DNA from: Heterodontus francisci
Taxonomy: Eukaryota
Direction of reading: 5' to 3'
Assembly: GCF_036365525.1 (NCBI RefSeq)
Contig: NC_090404.1
Span: forward strand, 12,862,550 to 12,926,549
DNA: 64,000 nt
In this document: in pieces, positions 36,150-48,516 of the stretch
Numbering within the stretch: the stretch's first letter is position 1
How the letters are laid out: every line of letters starts with the position of its first letter
Translations under genes and position numbers: made by a program
Notes under the pieces: model-generated
Seen by the model: the letters and a program-made list of their open reading frames with translations, nothing else
Told to the model about the DNA's origin: nothing
The model's database searches: none

Positions 36150-39100
36150 TAAATGCTTATTTAACCTCAAATCTTAGTGCAGTAAATAAATAACTCGAGG
36201 CATGGCAGGGCTGCTCACACCCGTCGAATGCATATCCTGTGACATGCAGGAACTCCAGGACCCTACCCATGTCCTGGACAACTGTATAGAATGTGCCACC
36301 AAATGCAAAAACTCAATCTTGGAACTCGAGGAGTAGCTGAGGTGCATTCACGAGGATAGCGCTTTTCAGGAGCTGGTCATCCAACAGCTTAAGAGAGCGC
36401 CGGTAGAGAGGGACTGGATGGCTACCAGACAGACAAGTAGGACAAAGCAGGTACTGCAGGAGAGCATTCTACTTTCTAATCAGTATTCAGTTCTGAGTAC
36501 CGATGGGAGAGGGGCTTCCTGTGGAGAGTTCAGCGACAGTCATGACCAGAGCACCATGGGTGGCTCAGCTGTGCATGGAGGGAGGAGAAAATACAGGAGA
36601 GCAATAGCAGGATTGGATTCTATAGTTAGGGGAACAGGCAAACGTTTCTGTTGTCGTACACGTGATTCCAGGATGGTATGTGGCCTCCCTGGTGCAAGGG
36701 TCATGGATATCACCGAGCGGCTACAGAACACTCTGGATGGTGCACAAACAGAGGTCGTGGTCCACATTGATACCAACGGCACAGGTAGAAAATGGGATGA
36801 GGTACTGCAGGCTGAGTTTAGGGAGTTAGGAAAGAGATTAGCAAGCAGGACCTCAAAGGTAGTAATCTCTGGATTACCCCCAAGGCACGTGTTGGTGAGT
36901 ATAGAAATAGGAGAATACACCAGATGAATGCGTGGCTGGAGAAATTGTGCAACAGGGAGGGCTTCTGGGGTACTGGAACCAGTTGTGGGGAAGATGGAAC
37001 AGGTACAAGTTCGACGCTCTACACCTGACCAGGATCGGGACAAATATCCTTGCAGGAAGGTTTGCTGATGGTGTTGGGGAAGGTTTAAACTAGATTGGCA
37101 GCGAGATGGTAACCTCAGGGCACATGCAGATAGGACAAATTTAGAGCATGGAACGGGAGTCAGAACATTAGTGAGTGACTCTGAAAGACAGAAGAAGCAA
37201 CGGTTAAAAAGTGTACAGCAGAGGAATTTGACAGTGTTAAAATGTATTTATTTAAATGCAAGGAGTATAGCAAATAAAGCCGATGAGCTGAGGGCACAGA
37301 TAGACCATGGCAGCATAATATCACTGCTATAACGGAAACTTGGCTTAAAGAGGGGTAAAATGGCAACTCAACATCCCTGGATATAGAGTTTTTAGGTAGG
37401 ATAGAGAGAGAGAGAGAGATAAAAAGAGGGGGTGCATCATTATTGGTTAAAGAATCAGCTGTGAGGAGAGATTATATGCTAAATGAATCATCATCGAGTT
37501 TGCAAGTTCTCCCTGTGTCTGCGTGGGTTTTCTCCCGGGTGCTCCGGTTTCCTCCCACAAGCCAAAAGACTTGCAGGTTGATAGGTAAATTGGCCATTAT
37601 AAATTGTCACTAGTATAGGTAGGTGGTAGGGAAATATAGAGACAGGTGGGGATGTTTGGTAGGAATATGGGATTAGTGTAGGATTAGTATAAATGGGTGG
37701 TTGATGTTCGGCACAGACTCGGTGGGCCGAAGGGCCTGTTTCAGTGCTGTATCTCTAATCTAATCAAAGGAAGCCGTATGGGTTGAGCTCAGAAATGCAA
37801 AAGGGGCAGGCACACTACTAGGGGTGTATTATAGACCCCAAATAGTGAAAGGCAAATTGAAGAACAAATGCGTAGGCACATTTCTGAGTGCAAAAACAAT
37901 AGGGCAAAAATAGTTGGGGATTTCAACTACCCCAATATCAACTAGGAGACAAAGCGTGTGAAGGGCACAGAGGGCACAAAATTCTTGAACTGTGTTCAAG
38001 AGAACATTTTTAGCCAGCACGTAACAAGCCCAACGAAAGAGGGCGCAATTCTAGATTTAGTCTTAAGAAATGAATCTGGGCAAGTGGATAAAGTAGCAGT
38101 GGGTGACCATTTTGGAGATAATTACCATAACACAGTTAGTTTTAGCATTATCATGGAAAAGGACCAAGTTAAAACAGGAGTAAAAGTTTTAAATTGAGCG
38201 AGGGCAAATTCTACGAAGCTGAGTGGTGATCTGGCGGAAGTGGACTGGATAGTTGACGGAAAATTAGTGTCAAACCGGTGGGAGTCATTCAAACGCGAGA
38301 TTCTATGGGCACAGTGTAGACATGTCCGGACAAAGAAAAGGGTGATGCTGCCAAATCTGGAGGCCCCTGGCTATCCAGAAGCATAAGGGTAAGATAAAAC
38401 AGAAAAATAAATCTTATGACAGCCACAAAAACACTTCAGAAAGCCGAGAAGAGTACAGAAAGTGCAGGGGTGAAGTAAAAAAGGAAATTAGGAAAACAAA
38501 GAGAAGACATGAAAAAATATTGGCAGGTTAAATCACGTAAAACCCAAAGATGCTTTATCAGTACATTAAGAGCAAGAGGATAACTAAGGAAATGGTAGGG
38601 CCTATCAAAGTTGTACAAGATAACTTATGGGTGAATGGAGAAGATGTGGGCAGGGTTCTTAATGAGTACTTGTCGCTGTCTTCGCAAAGGAAAGGGATGA
38701 TGCAGATGGATTAATCAGGGATATTCAGCATGGATTTGTCGAGGAAAGGTCGTGTCTAACTAACATAATTGAATTTTTTGATGAAGTAACCAGGAAGATT
38801 GATGAGGGAGGTGCAGTGGATGTGGCCTACATAGATTTTAGAAAGGCATTTGACAAGATCCCACATAGCAGACTGGTCAGTAAAGCAAAAGCCCACGGGA
38901 TACAGGGGAATCGGATGGGTTGAATCCAAAATTGGCTCAGGGGTAGAAAACAAAGGGTAATTGTCAATGGAAGATTTTGCGAATGGAAAGCCGTTTCCAG
39001 TTGCGTTCCACAGGGCTCAGTGTTGCGTCTCTTGCTGTTTGTGGTACATATTAATGATTTAGACATACATGTGGGAGTTATGATTGGGGAATTTGAAGAT

Positions 39101-40005
39101 GACACAAAAATTGGCCGTGTAGTTGATAGCGAAGAGGCAAGCTGTGGATTCCAGAATGATATCAATGGTTGAGTGGGCGGAAAAGTGGCAACATAATTCA
39201 ATCCAGAAAAGTGTGAGGTAATGAATTTGGGAAGGGCAAAGAAAGCAAGAGAATACACAGCAAAAGGAAGGATATTTGGAGGGGTAGAAGAATTGATAGA
39301 CCTTGGAGTGCATGTCCACAGGTCCCTGAACTTGGCAGTATTGATGGAAAAAGTGGTGAAGAAGGCCTATGAAATGCTTTCTTTTATTGGCCGAGATATA
39401 GAATACAAAAGCAGTGATGTAATGCTGGAACAGTATAAAACGCTGGTTAGGCCACATCTGGAGTATTGCGTACAGTTCTGGTCACCACACTACATGAAGA
39501 ACATAATTGCTCTGGAAAGATTACAACAGAGCTTTACAAGAAATTTGCCAGGGCAGCTATGAGAAATGATTGGGCTGGTGTTGTTTTCCTTAGAACAGAG
39601 GAGGCTGCGGGGTGACTTAATTGAGGTGTACAAAATTATGAGGTGTCGCGACAGAATGCACAGGAAGGACCTGTTTCCCCTAGCCGAGAGTTTAATTGAC
39701 GGGGGGGGGGGCGCACAGATTAAAGTGATTAGTACAGAGTTAGAGGGCACATAAGGAAAAGCTTTATCACCCAGAGGGTGGTGGGTGTCTGGAATTCTTT
39801 GCCAGGAACAGTGGTGGAGGCAGAAACTGTCAAGTCTTTTAAAATGGATCTGGACCTGCACCTGAAGTTCTGTAACCTGCAAGGCTACGGACCAGGTGCT
39901 GGAAGTGGGATTAGATTGGGCGGCCAGTTTCTTTCAGACAGCGCAGACATGATGGGCTGAATGGTCTCTTGCTGTGCCGTAACTTTTCTATAGTTCTATT
40001 GTTTC
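36150..40005 (+). mobile_element. Near full-length degraded CR1 LINE in the GPCR intron
   Basis: ORF1 esterase (DSIVRG..CGLPGARV..VVHIDTN), endonuclease, RT and 3' tail; internal deletion. Confidence 0.9.
37496..37765 (+). mobile_element. 5'-truncated V-domain SINE inserted in CR1
   Basis: Nearly identical to 10178-10445. Confidence 0.88.
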
Positions 40006-40448
40006 TTTGGTTCCAACAAAGGTATGGATGAGGGTTTCAGCAGAAGGTAAGCTAAGGCAGGGTCGGATATGGATGATATTACAGTGGCGGAAGAATGTAA
40101 TGTCGGTGCTAACGACCAATATCGGGAGGATGGGGGGTTGGAAGCTCAGCTCAGGGTGAAACAAAACGCCGAGATTTTAAAGTATGTTGAGCCTCAGACG
40201 GTGGCCGCCGGCAAGGATGGACTCAGTTGCCAGGGAGTGGCGTTTGTGCCGGAGACCGAAGGCAATAACTTCTGCATTCACGAATGTTTGATTCAAGCTG
40301 GTTCTGCTCGTCCATTGAATGTCGAACAATCAGCAATGGATTTGGAATAGTTGGGAGTCTGGATGTGACTAACGCACAGATGAGGATGGTTTCAGCAACA
40401 GCTTGGCTGAGATAGAAGCTGGTGTTTGGAGTCTGATCGGTGATAACG

Positions 40449-40479
<31 letters not shown>

Positions 40480-41381
40480 CCAACTTTGTGGCGATCGTGA
40501 TCCTTTCCCGGGGACGGTGTGGACTCTCCCGGTGCATCACCTACTACCTGGTGGCAGTAGTGGTCACCGATTTCCTGGTAATCGTCACCGCCGTCATCCT
40601 CAACCGGATCGGTGGCATCTACTTTCGGGAGAGCATCCTGTCCACCACCCCCGGGTGCGCTGTTAGCACCGTGCTGGTCTATGCCACCCGGGACGGTTCT
40701 GTCTGGCTGACAGTTGCGTTCACCATCGACCGTTTCGTAGCCATTTGCTGCCAGGGCCTGAAGAGCAGATACTGCACTGAGAAAACAGCGTCGCTGGTCA
40801 TAGGATTGGTCTGTACCCTGAGCTGCGTCAAGAACGTCCCTTTCTACTTCACCTACCAACCCTTGTACAGCCTGGACGGGGTGCCATGGTTCTGCGATAT
40901 CAAGTCCACCTATTACACCTGGCCTGCCTGGCAGGCATACGACTGGCTGGACCGCATCTTAACCCCCTTTCTCCCGTTCCTCCTCATTCTGCTGCTCAAC
41001 GCCCTGACTGTAAGGCATATCGTAGTGGCCAGCAGAGCCCGCAGGAGGCTTCGAGGAGCCGAGAAATCCGGGGACCCGGAGATGGACAACCGCAAGAGGT
41101 CCATTATCCTGCTCTTTGCTATCTCGCTCAGCTTCCTCCTCCTGTGGGTCACCTACGTCGGGCATTTCCTCTATGTGCGTGTTATGGCTGAGTCCTACTT
41201 CACCGGCCTGGATTTCAATGACCCACAGTTCATCCTTCAAGAAACAACCAACATGCTCCAGCTCCTCAGCTCCTGCACCAACGTCTTTATCTACGCAGTC
41301 ACACAGAAAAAGTTCCGAGAGGAGCTGAAAATTGCGCTGTTGCTTCCATTTGACACCCTGACTCGTTGCCTAAAACGATGA
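40480..41381 (+). CDS. GPR139-like class A GPCR, exon 2 (spliced protein 323 aa)
   Basis: (CT)n tract plus catag acceptor; ANFVAIVILSRGRCGLS..SVWLTVAFTIDRFVAICC..LPFLLILLLNALT..NRKRSIILLFAIS..LQLLSSCTNVFIY; seven hydrophobic segments; TGA at 41379-41381. Confidence 0.93.
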
Positions 41382-41429
41382 AAAACAAAGAAACCTTTGT
41401 ATTACTCTTATAAAGTCTCATAGAAAGTC

Positions 41430-44400
41430 AGCAATCACGATCCACATCGGAACCAACGACATAGGTCGAAAGAGGGATGTGGTCTTGCAGTCAGAATTTA
41501 GGGTGCTAGGTAAGAAATTAGCAAGCAGGACCTCAAAAGTAGTGATCTCCGATTACTCCCAGTGCCACGCACAAGTGAGTGTAGAAATAGAAGGATAAGA
41601 CAGATGAATGCGTGGCTAGAAAGATGGTGCAGGCTTCCAATTCCTGGGACATTGGGACCGGCTCTGGGGGAGATGTGACCTGTACAGGCCGGACGGGTTG
41701 CACCTGAACAGAGCCAGGACAGAGCTCCTTGCGGGACGTTTTGTAAGTGCCGTTGGGAAGGGTTTAAACTAGTTTGACAGGGGGGTGGGGACCTAAGGGT
41801 AGACTCAGTTGGGGCAAAATCAGAAATTAAAATGGAAGGTGGAAAATTAATGGATGAGTCTGAAAGACAGAGGAAACGAGGGTTGGAAAATAAAAAAAAA
41901 GTTTGGCAGTGCTCAAGGGTATCTACTTCAATGCAAGGAGTATAGCAAATAAAATAGATTAGCTGAGGGCACAGATAGACCCGTGACGGTATGATATCAT
42001 AGCTATTACAGAAACATGGCTTAAGGAGGGATAGGAATGACAGCTCAACGTTCCTGGTTACAAGGTTTTCAGACGCAATAGGGAGGGGAATAAGAAAGGA
42101 GGGGGAGTGAAAATTTTGGTCAAGGAAGCTATTACAGCTGTGAGGAGGGATGATATGTTGAAAGGCTCAGTAAATGAGGCCATATGCATGAGCTGAGGAA
42201 CAAAAAAGAGGCAATCACACTTCTAGGAGTGTACTATAGACCCACAAACAGTCAGAGGGAGATAGAAGAGCAGAAATCTCTGTGAAGTGCAAGAATAGGG
42301 CAGTAATAGTAGGGGATTTTAATCACCCCAATATTAACTGGGATAGTTTTAGTGTGAAAGGAATTGAGGGAGCAGAATTCTTGAGCTGTATTCAGGAGAA
42401 CTTTTTGGCCAGTATCTAGCAAGTCCAACAACAGAGGGTGCAGTTTTAGACTTAGTTTTATGAAATGAATATTGGCAGGTGGAAGGAGTGGCAATGGGCG
42501 AGCGTCTTGGTGGTAGTGATCATAATTCAGTCAGTTTTAACATAATTATGGAAAAGGACAGAGATAGAACAGGAGTTAGAGTTCTCAATTGAGGCAAGGC
42601 CAATTTTACTAAATTGAGGAGTGATTTAGTGAAAGTGGACTGAAAACAGCTACCTGAAGGTAAATCAGTGTCAGAAGAGTGGGAGGCATTCAAAGGGGAG
42701 ATTCAAGGGGTTCAGAGTAAACATGTTCCCACAAAGAAAAAGGGTGAGGCGGCCAAATCTAAAGCTTCATGGATGTCAAGGAGCCTACAGGGTAAGATAA
42801 GACAGAAAAGGAAAGCGTATTCCCGATACCGATAACTCAATACTGACTGAAAGCTGAGAGGTGAATAGAAAGTGGAGGGTAAAATCAAAAAGGAAATTAT
42901 GAAAGCAAAGAGAGGGCATGTAAGAATATTGGCAAGAAAAGTCAAGGTGAACCCAAAGATGTTTATCATACATTCAGAGTAAGAGGATAACTAAAGAGAG
43001 AGTAGGACCATAAAAGACCAAAAAGGTAACCAAAAAGGATGGAAGCTATTGGTATGGTTCTTAATGAATATTTTGCGTCTGTCTTCACAAAAGAGGGGGG
43101 CGATGTAGATAATGCAGTTAAGGAGGAAGAGTGTGAGGTATTGGATGTGATAAACATAGGGAGAGAGAAAATATTAATGGGATTAGCATCGTTGAAAGTT
43201 GATAAACCACCAAGGACAGATGAAATGTAGCCTCGGCTGTTAAAGGAAGGAAGAGAGGAAATAACAGAGGGTCTGACCATCATTTTCCAATCCTCACTGG
43301 ATTCAGGTTTTGTGCCGGAGTATTCCTCTTTGGCCTCCTTATCTCGAGAGACAATGGGTAAGCGCCTGGAGGTGGTCAGTGGTGTGTGGAGCAGCGCCTG
43401 GAGTGGCTATAAAGGCCAATTCTAGAGTGACAGGCTCTTCCACAGGTGCTGCAGAAAGATTTGTTCGTCGGGGCTGTTACACAGTTGGCTCTCCCCTTGC
43501 GCTTTTGTCTTCTTTCCTGCCAACTGCTAAGTCTCTTCGACTCGCCACACTTTAGCCCCGCCTTTATGGCTGCCCACCAGTTCTGGCGATCGCTGGCAAC
43601 TGACTCCCACGACTTGTGATCAATGTCACAGGACTCCATGTCGCGTTTGCAGACGTCTTTAAAGCAGAGACATGGACGGCCGGTGGGTCTGATATCAGTG
43701 GCGAGCTCGCTGTACAATGTGTCTTTGGGGATCCTGCCATCTTCCATGCGGCTCACATGGCCAAGTCGCTAACTTTGTACTTTTGTTTAAAAAGGGAGTG
43801 AAGGATAGACTGAATAATTACAGGCAGACAGTCTAACCTCAGTAGTGGGCACATTATTGGAATCTATTCTCAGAGACAGGGTAAACTGTCACTTAGAAAG
43901 GCACAGGTTGATCAAGGATAGTCAGCATGGATTTGTTAAGGGAAGAATTGTTTGACCAACTTCATCGAATTTTTTGAAGAAGTAACAAGGAAAATACATG
44001 AGGGTAGTGCAGTTGATGTGGTCTACATGGACTTTAGCAAGGCTTTTGACAAGGTCCCACATGGCAGACTGGTTAAAAAAATAAAATCCCATGGTATCCA
44101 GGGAAATGCAGCAAGGTGGATGCAAAATTTGTTCAGTGGCAGGAAACCAAATGTAGTTGTTGACGGCCGTTTTAGCGACTGGAGAGCTGTGGCCACTGGC
44201 GTTCCGCAGGGCTCAGTGCTGGGTCCGCTGCTTTTTGTGGTGTATATTAACGATTTGGACATAAATGTAGGGTGCATGATCGAGGAGTTTGCGGACGACA
44301 CAGAGATTGGCCTTGTGGTAGATAGCGAGGAGGATAGCTGTGGGCTGCAGGAGGATATTGATGGTCTGGTCAGATGGGCAGAAGAGTGGAAAATGGAATT

Positions 44401-45205
44401 CAACTTGGAGAAGTGTGAGGTGATGCATTTGAGGAGGTCAAACAAGGCAAAGGAATGCACGATTAATTGGAAAATACTGAAAAGTGTAGAGGAAGCAAGG
44501 GACCTTGGAGTGAATGTCCACAGATTCCTGAAGGTAGCAGGAAAGGTCAATGAGGTGCTTAAGAAGGCAAATGGAATCCTTCCTTTATTAGCCGAGGGAT
44601 AGAATACAAGAGCAGAAAGGTTATGCTGGAGCGTATACCTCATTGGTTCGGCCACAACTTGAGTACTGTGTGCAGTTCTGGTCACCTCATTAGAGAAAGG
44701 ATGTAATTGCACTTAGACAGGGTACATAGGAGATTTATGAGAATGTTGCCAGGACTGGAAAAATGTAGCTATGAGGAAAGATTGGATAGGCTGGGGTTAG
44801 TCTCCTTGGAACAGAGATGGCTGAGGGGAGATCTGATTGAAAGGTACAAAATTTTGAGGTGCCTGGATAGAGTGGAGGTGACGGGTCTATTCACCTTAGC
44901 AGAGGGGTTAGTGACAAGGGGGCATGGATTTGAAGTGATTGGTAGAAAAATTAGAGGAGAGATGAGGAAAAAGATTTTCATCCAGAGGATGGTGATGGTC
45001 GGGAACTTACTGCCTGAAAGGGTAGCTGAGGCAGAGACCCTCAACTCATTCAAAAGGAGTCTGGATATGCACCTCAGGTGCCGTAAGCTGCAGGGCTACA
45101 GCCAAATGCTAGAAGGTGGGATTAGAATAGGTGGATCGTTTTTCGACCGGCACAGACACAATGGGCCAAATGTCCTCTTTCTGTGCCTGAAACGTTGTAT
45201 TTCTT
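41430..45205 (+). mobile_element. Degraded CR1 LINE (partial ORF1 plus ORF2) immediately 3' of the GPCR
   Basis: HIGTND; endonuclease; ORF 43952-44602 YMDFSKAFDKVPH..GVPQGSVLGP..FADD. Confidence 0.9.
43321..43768 (-). mobile_element. RTE-clade LINE 3' fragment nested in CR1
   Basis: RMEDGRIPKDTLYSEL..GRP..FKDVCKRD..CSTCGRACHSRIGLYSH (RTE C-terminus with zinc finger). Confidence 0.88.
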
Positions 45206-45269
45206 TGATTCATCTGCCGCTACCTCCTCGTGTTGTTTCTTCTTCTCTGAATTTGGTCCGTGTCTGATA

Positions 45270-45681
45270 CGTTATCTCTCTCAGCTGAATCAGAAAATCG
45301 TGGGTTCATGCCCACACAGTCTAGAGGTGTAAGCCCTGTAATCCAGGGTCGACCGTTCTGAACGGGTGATGCACTATCAGAAGTTGTGCCTTGCTGGATG
45401 AGACGCTAAACTGAGTTCTGTGTCTACCCACTCAAACGGAACATAGAATATCCCGCGGTTACTATTTCAAAGGAGAACAAGAGGAGTTCTCCCCATTGTA
45501 TTGGGCCTACATTTATCCCTCAGTTAACACCACTGAAACCAATTTTCTGATCATTTATCTCATTGCTGTTTGTCGAATTTTCCTGTATGCAAATTGGCTC
45601 CCGTGTTTCCTGCAGTACAACTGTTACTGCAGTTGGAGCGTGCTCCATTGACTGTAAAACACTCTGGGGCATCTTGAGGTG
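45270..45681 (+). mobile_element. DeuSINE (SacSINE1-like)
   Basis: Similar to 25561-25975 and 63640-64000. Confidence 0.65.
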
Positions 45682-45988
45682 NNNNNNNNNNNNNNNNNNN
45701 NNNNNNNNNNNNNNNNNNNNNNNNNNNNNNNNNNNNNNNNNNNNNNNNNNNNNNNNNNNNNNNNNNNNNNNNNNNNNNNNNNNNNNNNNNNNNNNNNNNN
45801 NNNNNNNNNNNNNNNNNNNNNNNNNNNNNNNNNNNNNNNNNNNNNNNNNNNNNNNNNNNNNNNNNNNNNNNNNNNNNNNNNNNNNNNNNNNNNNNNNNNN
45901 NNNNNNNNNNNNNNNNNNNNNNNNNNNNNNNNNNNNNNNNNNNNNNNNNNNNNNNNNNNNNNNNNNNNNNNNNNNNNNNNNNNNNNNN
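45682..45988. other. Assembly gap (307 N)
   Basis: Run of N. Confidence 1.
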
Positions 45989-46719
45989 NCCGAGACTCCC
46001 ATTATGTTTGCACCTCACACTTGAAAGAAATTATTTGAGAATATGGACAGTTTATTCAATCAGTGAGTTGTGATCTGGAATGTGCTGTCTGAAAGGAAGA
46101 TGGAAGCATATTAGGTAGTAACTGCCAAGTGGGAATTGCATAAATACTGGAAAAAGGGGAAATTGAGAAAAGAGCAGGGGAGTTGAAGCAATTGATTTGC
46201 TCTGTCAGAGACATGGCATCTGAGCAGTGACTGACCAACTGACTTTCTTCTGTGCTCTATGGTTATAAACAGCGCTTTTCACGACCTCAGGACATCCCAA
46301 AACCACTTCACGGCAGGTAAAGTACTTTATGAAGTCTAGTTACTGTGGTAAGGAAATGCTGCAGTTAATTTGTTCAGATCCTTAATCTCACTCGGGTCAC
46401 TGAATTCCATCCATCTGGGCATCGTTTGGTAAGAGAGTGTGGAGGCGGAGTGGAGGCGGAAGGTGGTTGTTGTGGTAACAAAGATATGGTCTAGTGTAAT
46501 ATAAACAGCGACATGGTCTAGAGCAGTAAAAACTGAGACAAGGTCTAGTTCTTTTTTCATGATATGTGGGCATGGCTGGCAAGGCCAGCATTTGTTGCAC
46601 ATCCCTAATTACTCTTGAGAAGGTGGTAGTGAGCCATATTCTTGAACCACTGCAGTCTCTCTGGTGCGGTTCCTCCCGTGAGAGGGAGAATAGATTTTTG
46701 CAGACAAGAATATACTTAC

Positions 46720-46765
46720 TGAGAAAGCATATAATGATGAGGAGCGGTGCGAGACGATTCTGCAT
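46720..46765 (-). pseudogene. Orphan V leader exon paralogous to the V3 leader
   Basis: MQNRLAPLLIIICFL plus A|gtaagt versus MKNRLPPLLIILSLL A|gtaata; the upstream ~150 bp is also homologous to the V3 upstream region; no V exon is visible before the gap. Confidence 0.8.
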
Positions 46766-48516
46766 GATGCTTCCCCCATCTGTAACTCTGCTGTCTGAGA
46801 AATCCTCTGGTCAGGGCAGAAATACAGATCCCAACTCCATTGCACTGCTGAACCAACCGATGCCAAACACGGAAGGGTGGCAGCAATCTCGCCAATAACA
46901 CAGGGCAGGGAAGGCGGGTCAGAAACAGAGCAGAAAACAGAAACTGTGGGCGGGGATCCTGCAGACACGGTAATGAGAGAATTCGATGAATCTGTGTTAT
47001 CACATAAAGAGCGGGGCACCGCCCAGCTGGATTCAGAACTGGTGGACCTCGAGAGGTCTGTGTACATCTGCTTCTGCGCACTGCATAAGTGACTAGGAAC
47101 AAACAGAGCAGGAGGGAATGAAGGAAATAGAATCATGGAATCATGCCGAAGAGATGAGGCCATTCGGCCGATTGTGCCTGTGCCGGCAATTTGAAAGAAC
47201 GATGCAATTATTCCCACTCCCACCATTCTTTCCACATACCTGTGCAGAGTTTTCCTTTTCACTTGTTTGCACAATACTATTTTCAAGGTTACTGCTGAAT
47301 CTGGTTCCACCACCCTTTCACGTAGTTTATTCCAGATAATAATAATAAGCGCCAGTGTTCAAACAAAGTCTTATGTTGTCCTCTCTTTTCTGTTAATCCT
47401 CTGAAATCTGGGTTCTTGGGTTGCCGAACTGTCTGCCAGTGGAAACGATTACGTGCGATCCACGCTATCAAAACCCCTTTCAATTTCGAGCATCTCAATT
47501 AAACTTTGCGTAATCTTCTTTGATATAACAATAATTATAGCTTCTCTAATCCCTCCACATAATTCAAGTTCCTCATTGACGCATTCTATTTATTCTCCTC
47601 TGATTCCGCTCCAAAATTTTGACATTCCTTTTAAACAGAATTCGGCGCCATAATCTAGCTGATGTAAAATCAGAAGTTTAGAATTTCATGCTTAAACATC
47701 ATCAAACCTAATGACTCAAGTCACCTGAAATTTATATTTTTGGAGGACAATATCTGGCACCCGTGTTTTGATATATAAGTCCACAAATCCGCATACCCTC
47801 AATTACCTCATTCTAAACGCCACTGAATAAAATTCACCAGCACGGGGCGCAAAGCCCAAGTACAGTAATTTTAAAATCACGTGATACGAATGCCAGCGCC
47901 AATAGCGACCGTAACCTAAGCGAGGTCACAATGGGGCCGCCCCCCTGCAGTGTGTGGGTGGAACAAAGAGCTGAACAGGACCCGGATTGCCACTCCCCCC
48001 TACACAATCTCTGGCTCATCCCATTCCAATCACTGCGAGGGATTCAGTCAGGTCTGTTTGTAATAATACTGGCAGCTGTGCTGTGTTGGACAGTAAGTGC
48101 AGGATAATATCAAACAACAGATGCTAGCTGAATGATGAAAAGAGTCTGTGCAGGAAATCGATGCTATTAGCAATCATAAATACCCATATGATGCACAGTT
48201 GGGTAAATGGGAGTTTAAATAGATTCACACAGATAGACACAAGTTTAGATCGATCTTATTTAACCTCCTGTGCTTTCGTTCCATAGGTGCAATAACCTCA
48301 GTGAGTATTTACATCTTCATTATGTGTTCCTGATTGTTTTAATCTATGGGCCTTATTTGATCCCAAATCCAGGGAGATTAAAGAGTGGCAATTTACTCGA
48401 TCGAAGTGTATTCTGTATTTTTCTTTGTCACATCGTCAGAGAAATGGTTCAGGAAACTTATCTGCATTTCTGAGCCATGTTTCAGTAAATATCTCAGAAA
48501 CGATGTGACACTACAT

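Noticed and set aside
40392-41240. Antisense and alternative-frame ORFs over GPCR exon 2
   Set aside because: Shadow ORFs from GC-rich codon usage.
45520-46038. ORF-track entries containing long X runs
   Set aside because: Artefacts of the N gap.
46609-47313. 234-aa minus-strand ORF and overlapping ORFs
   Set aside because: Chance read-through of a CR1 tail and V promoter sequence; no recognisable domain.
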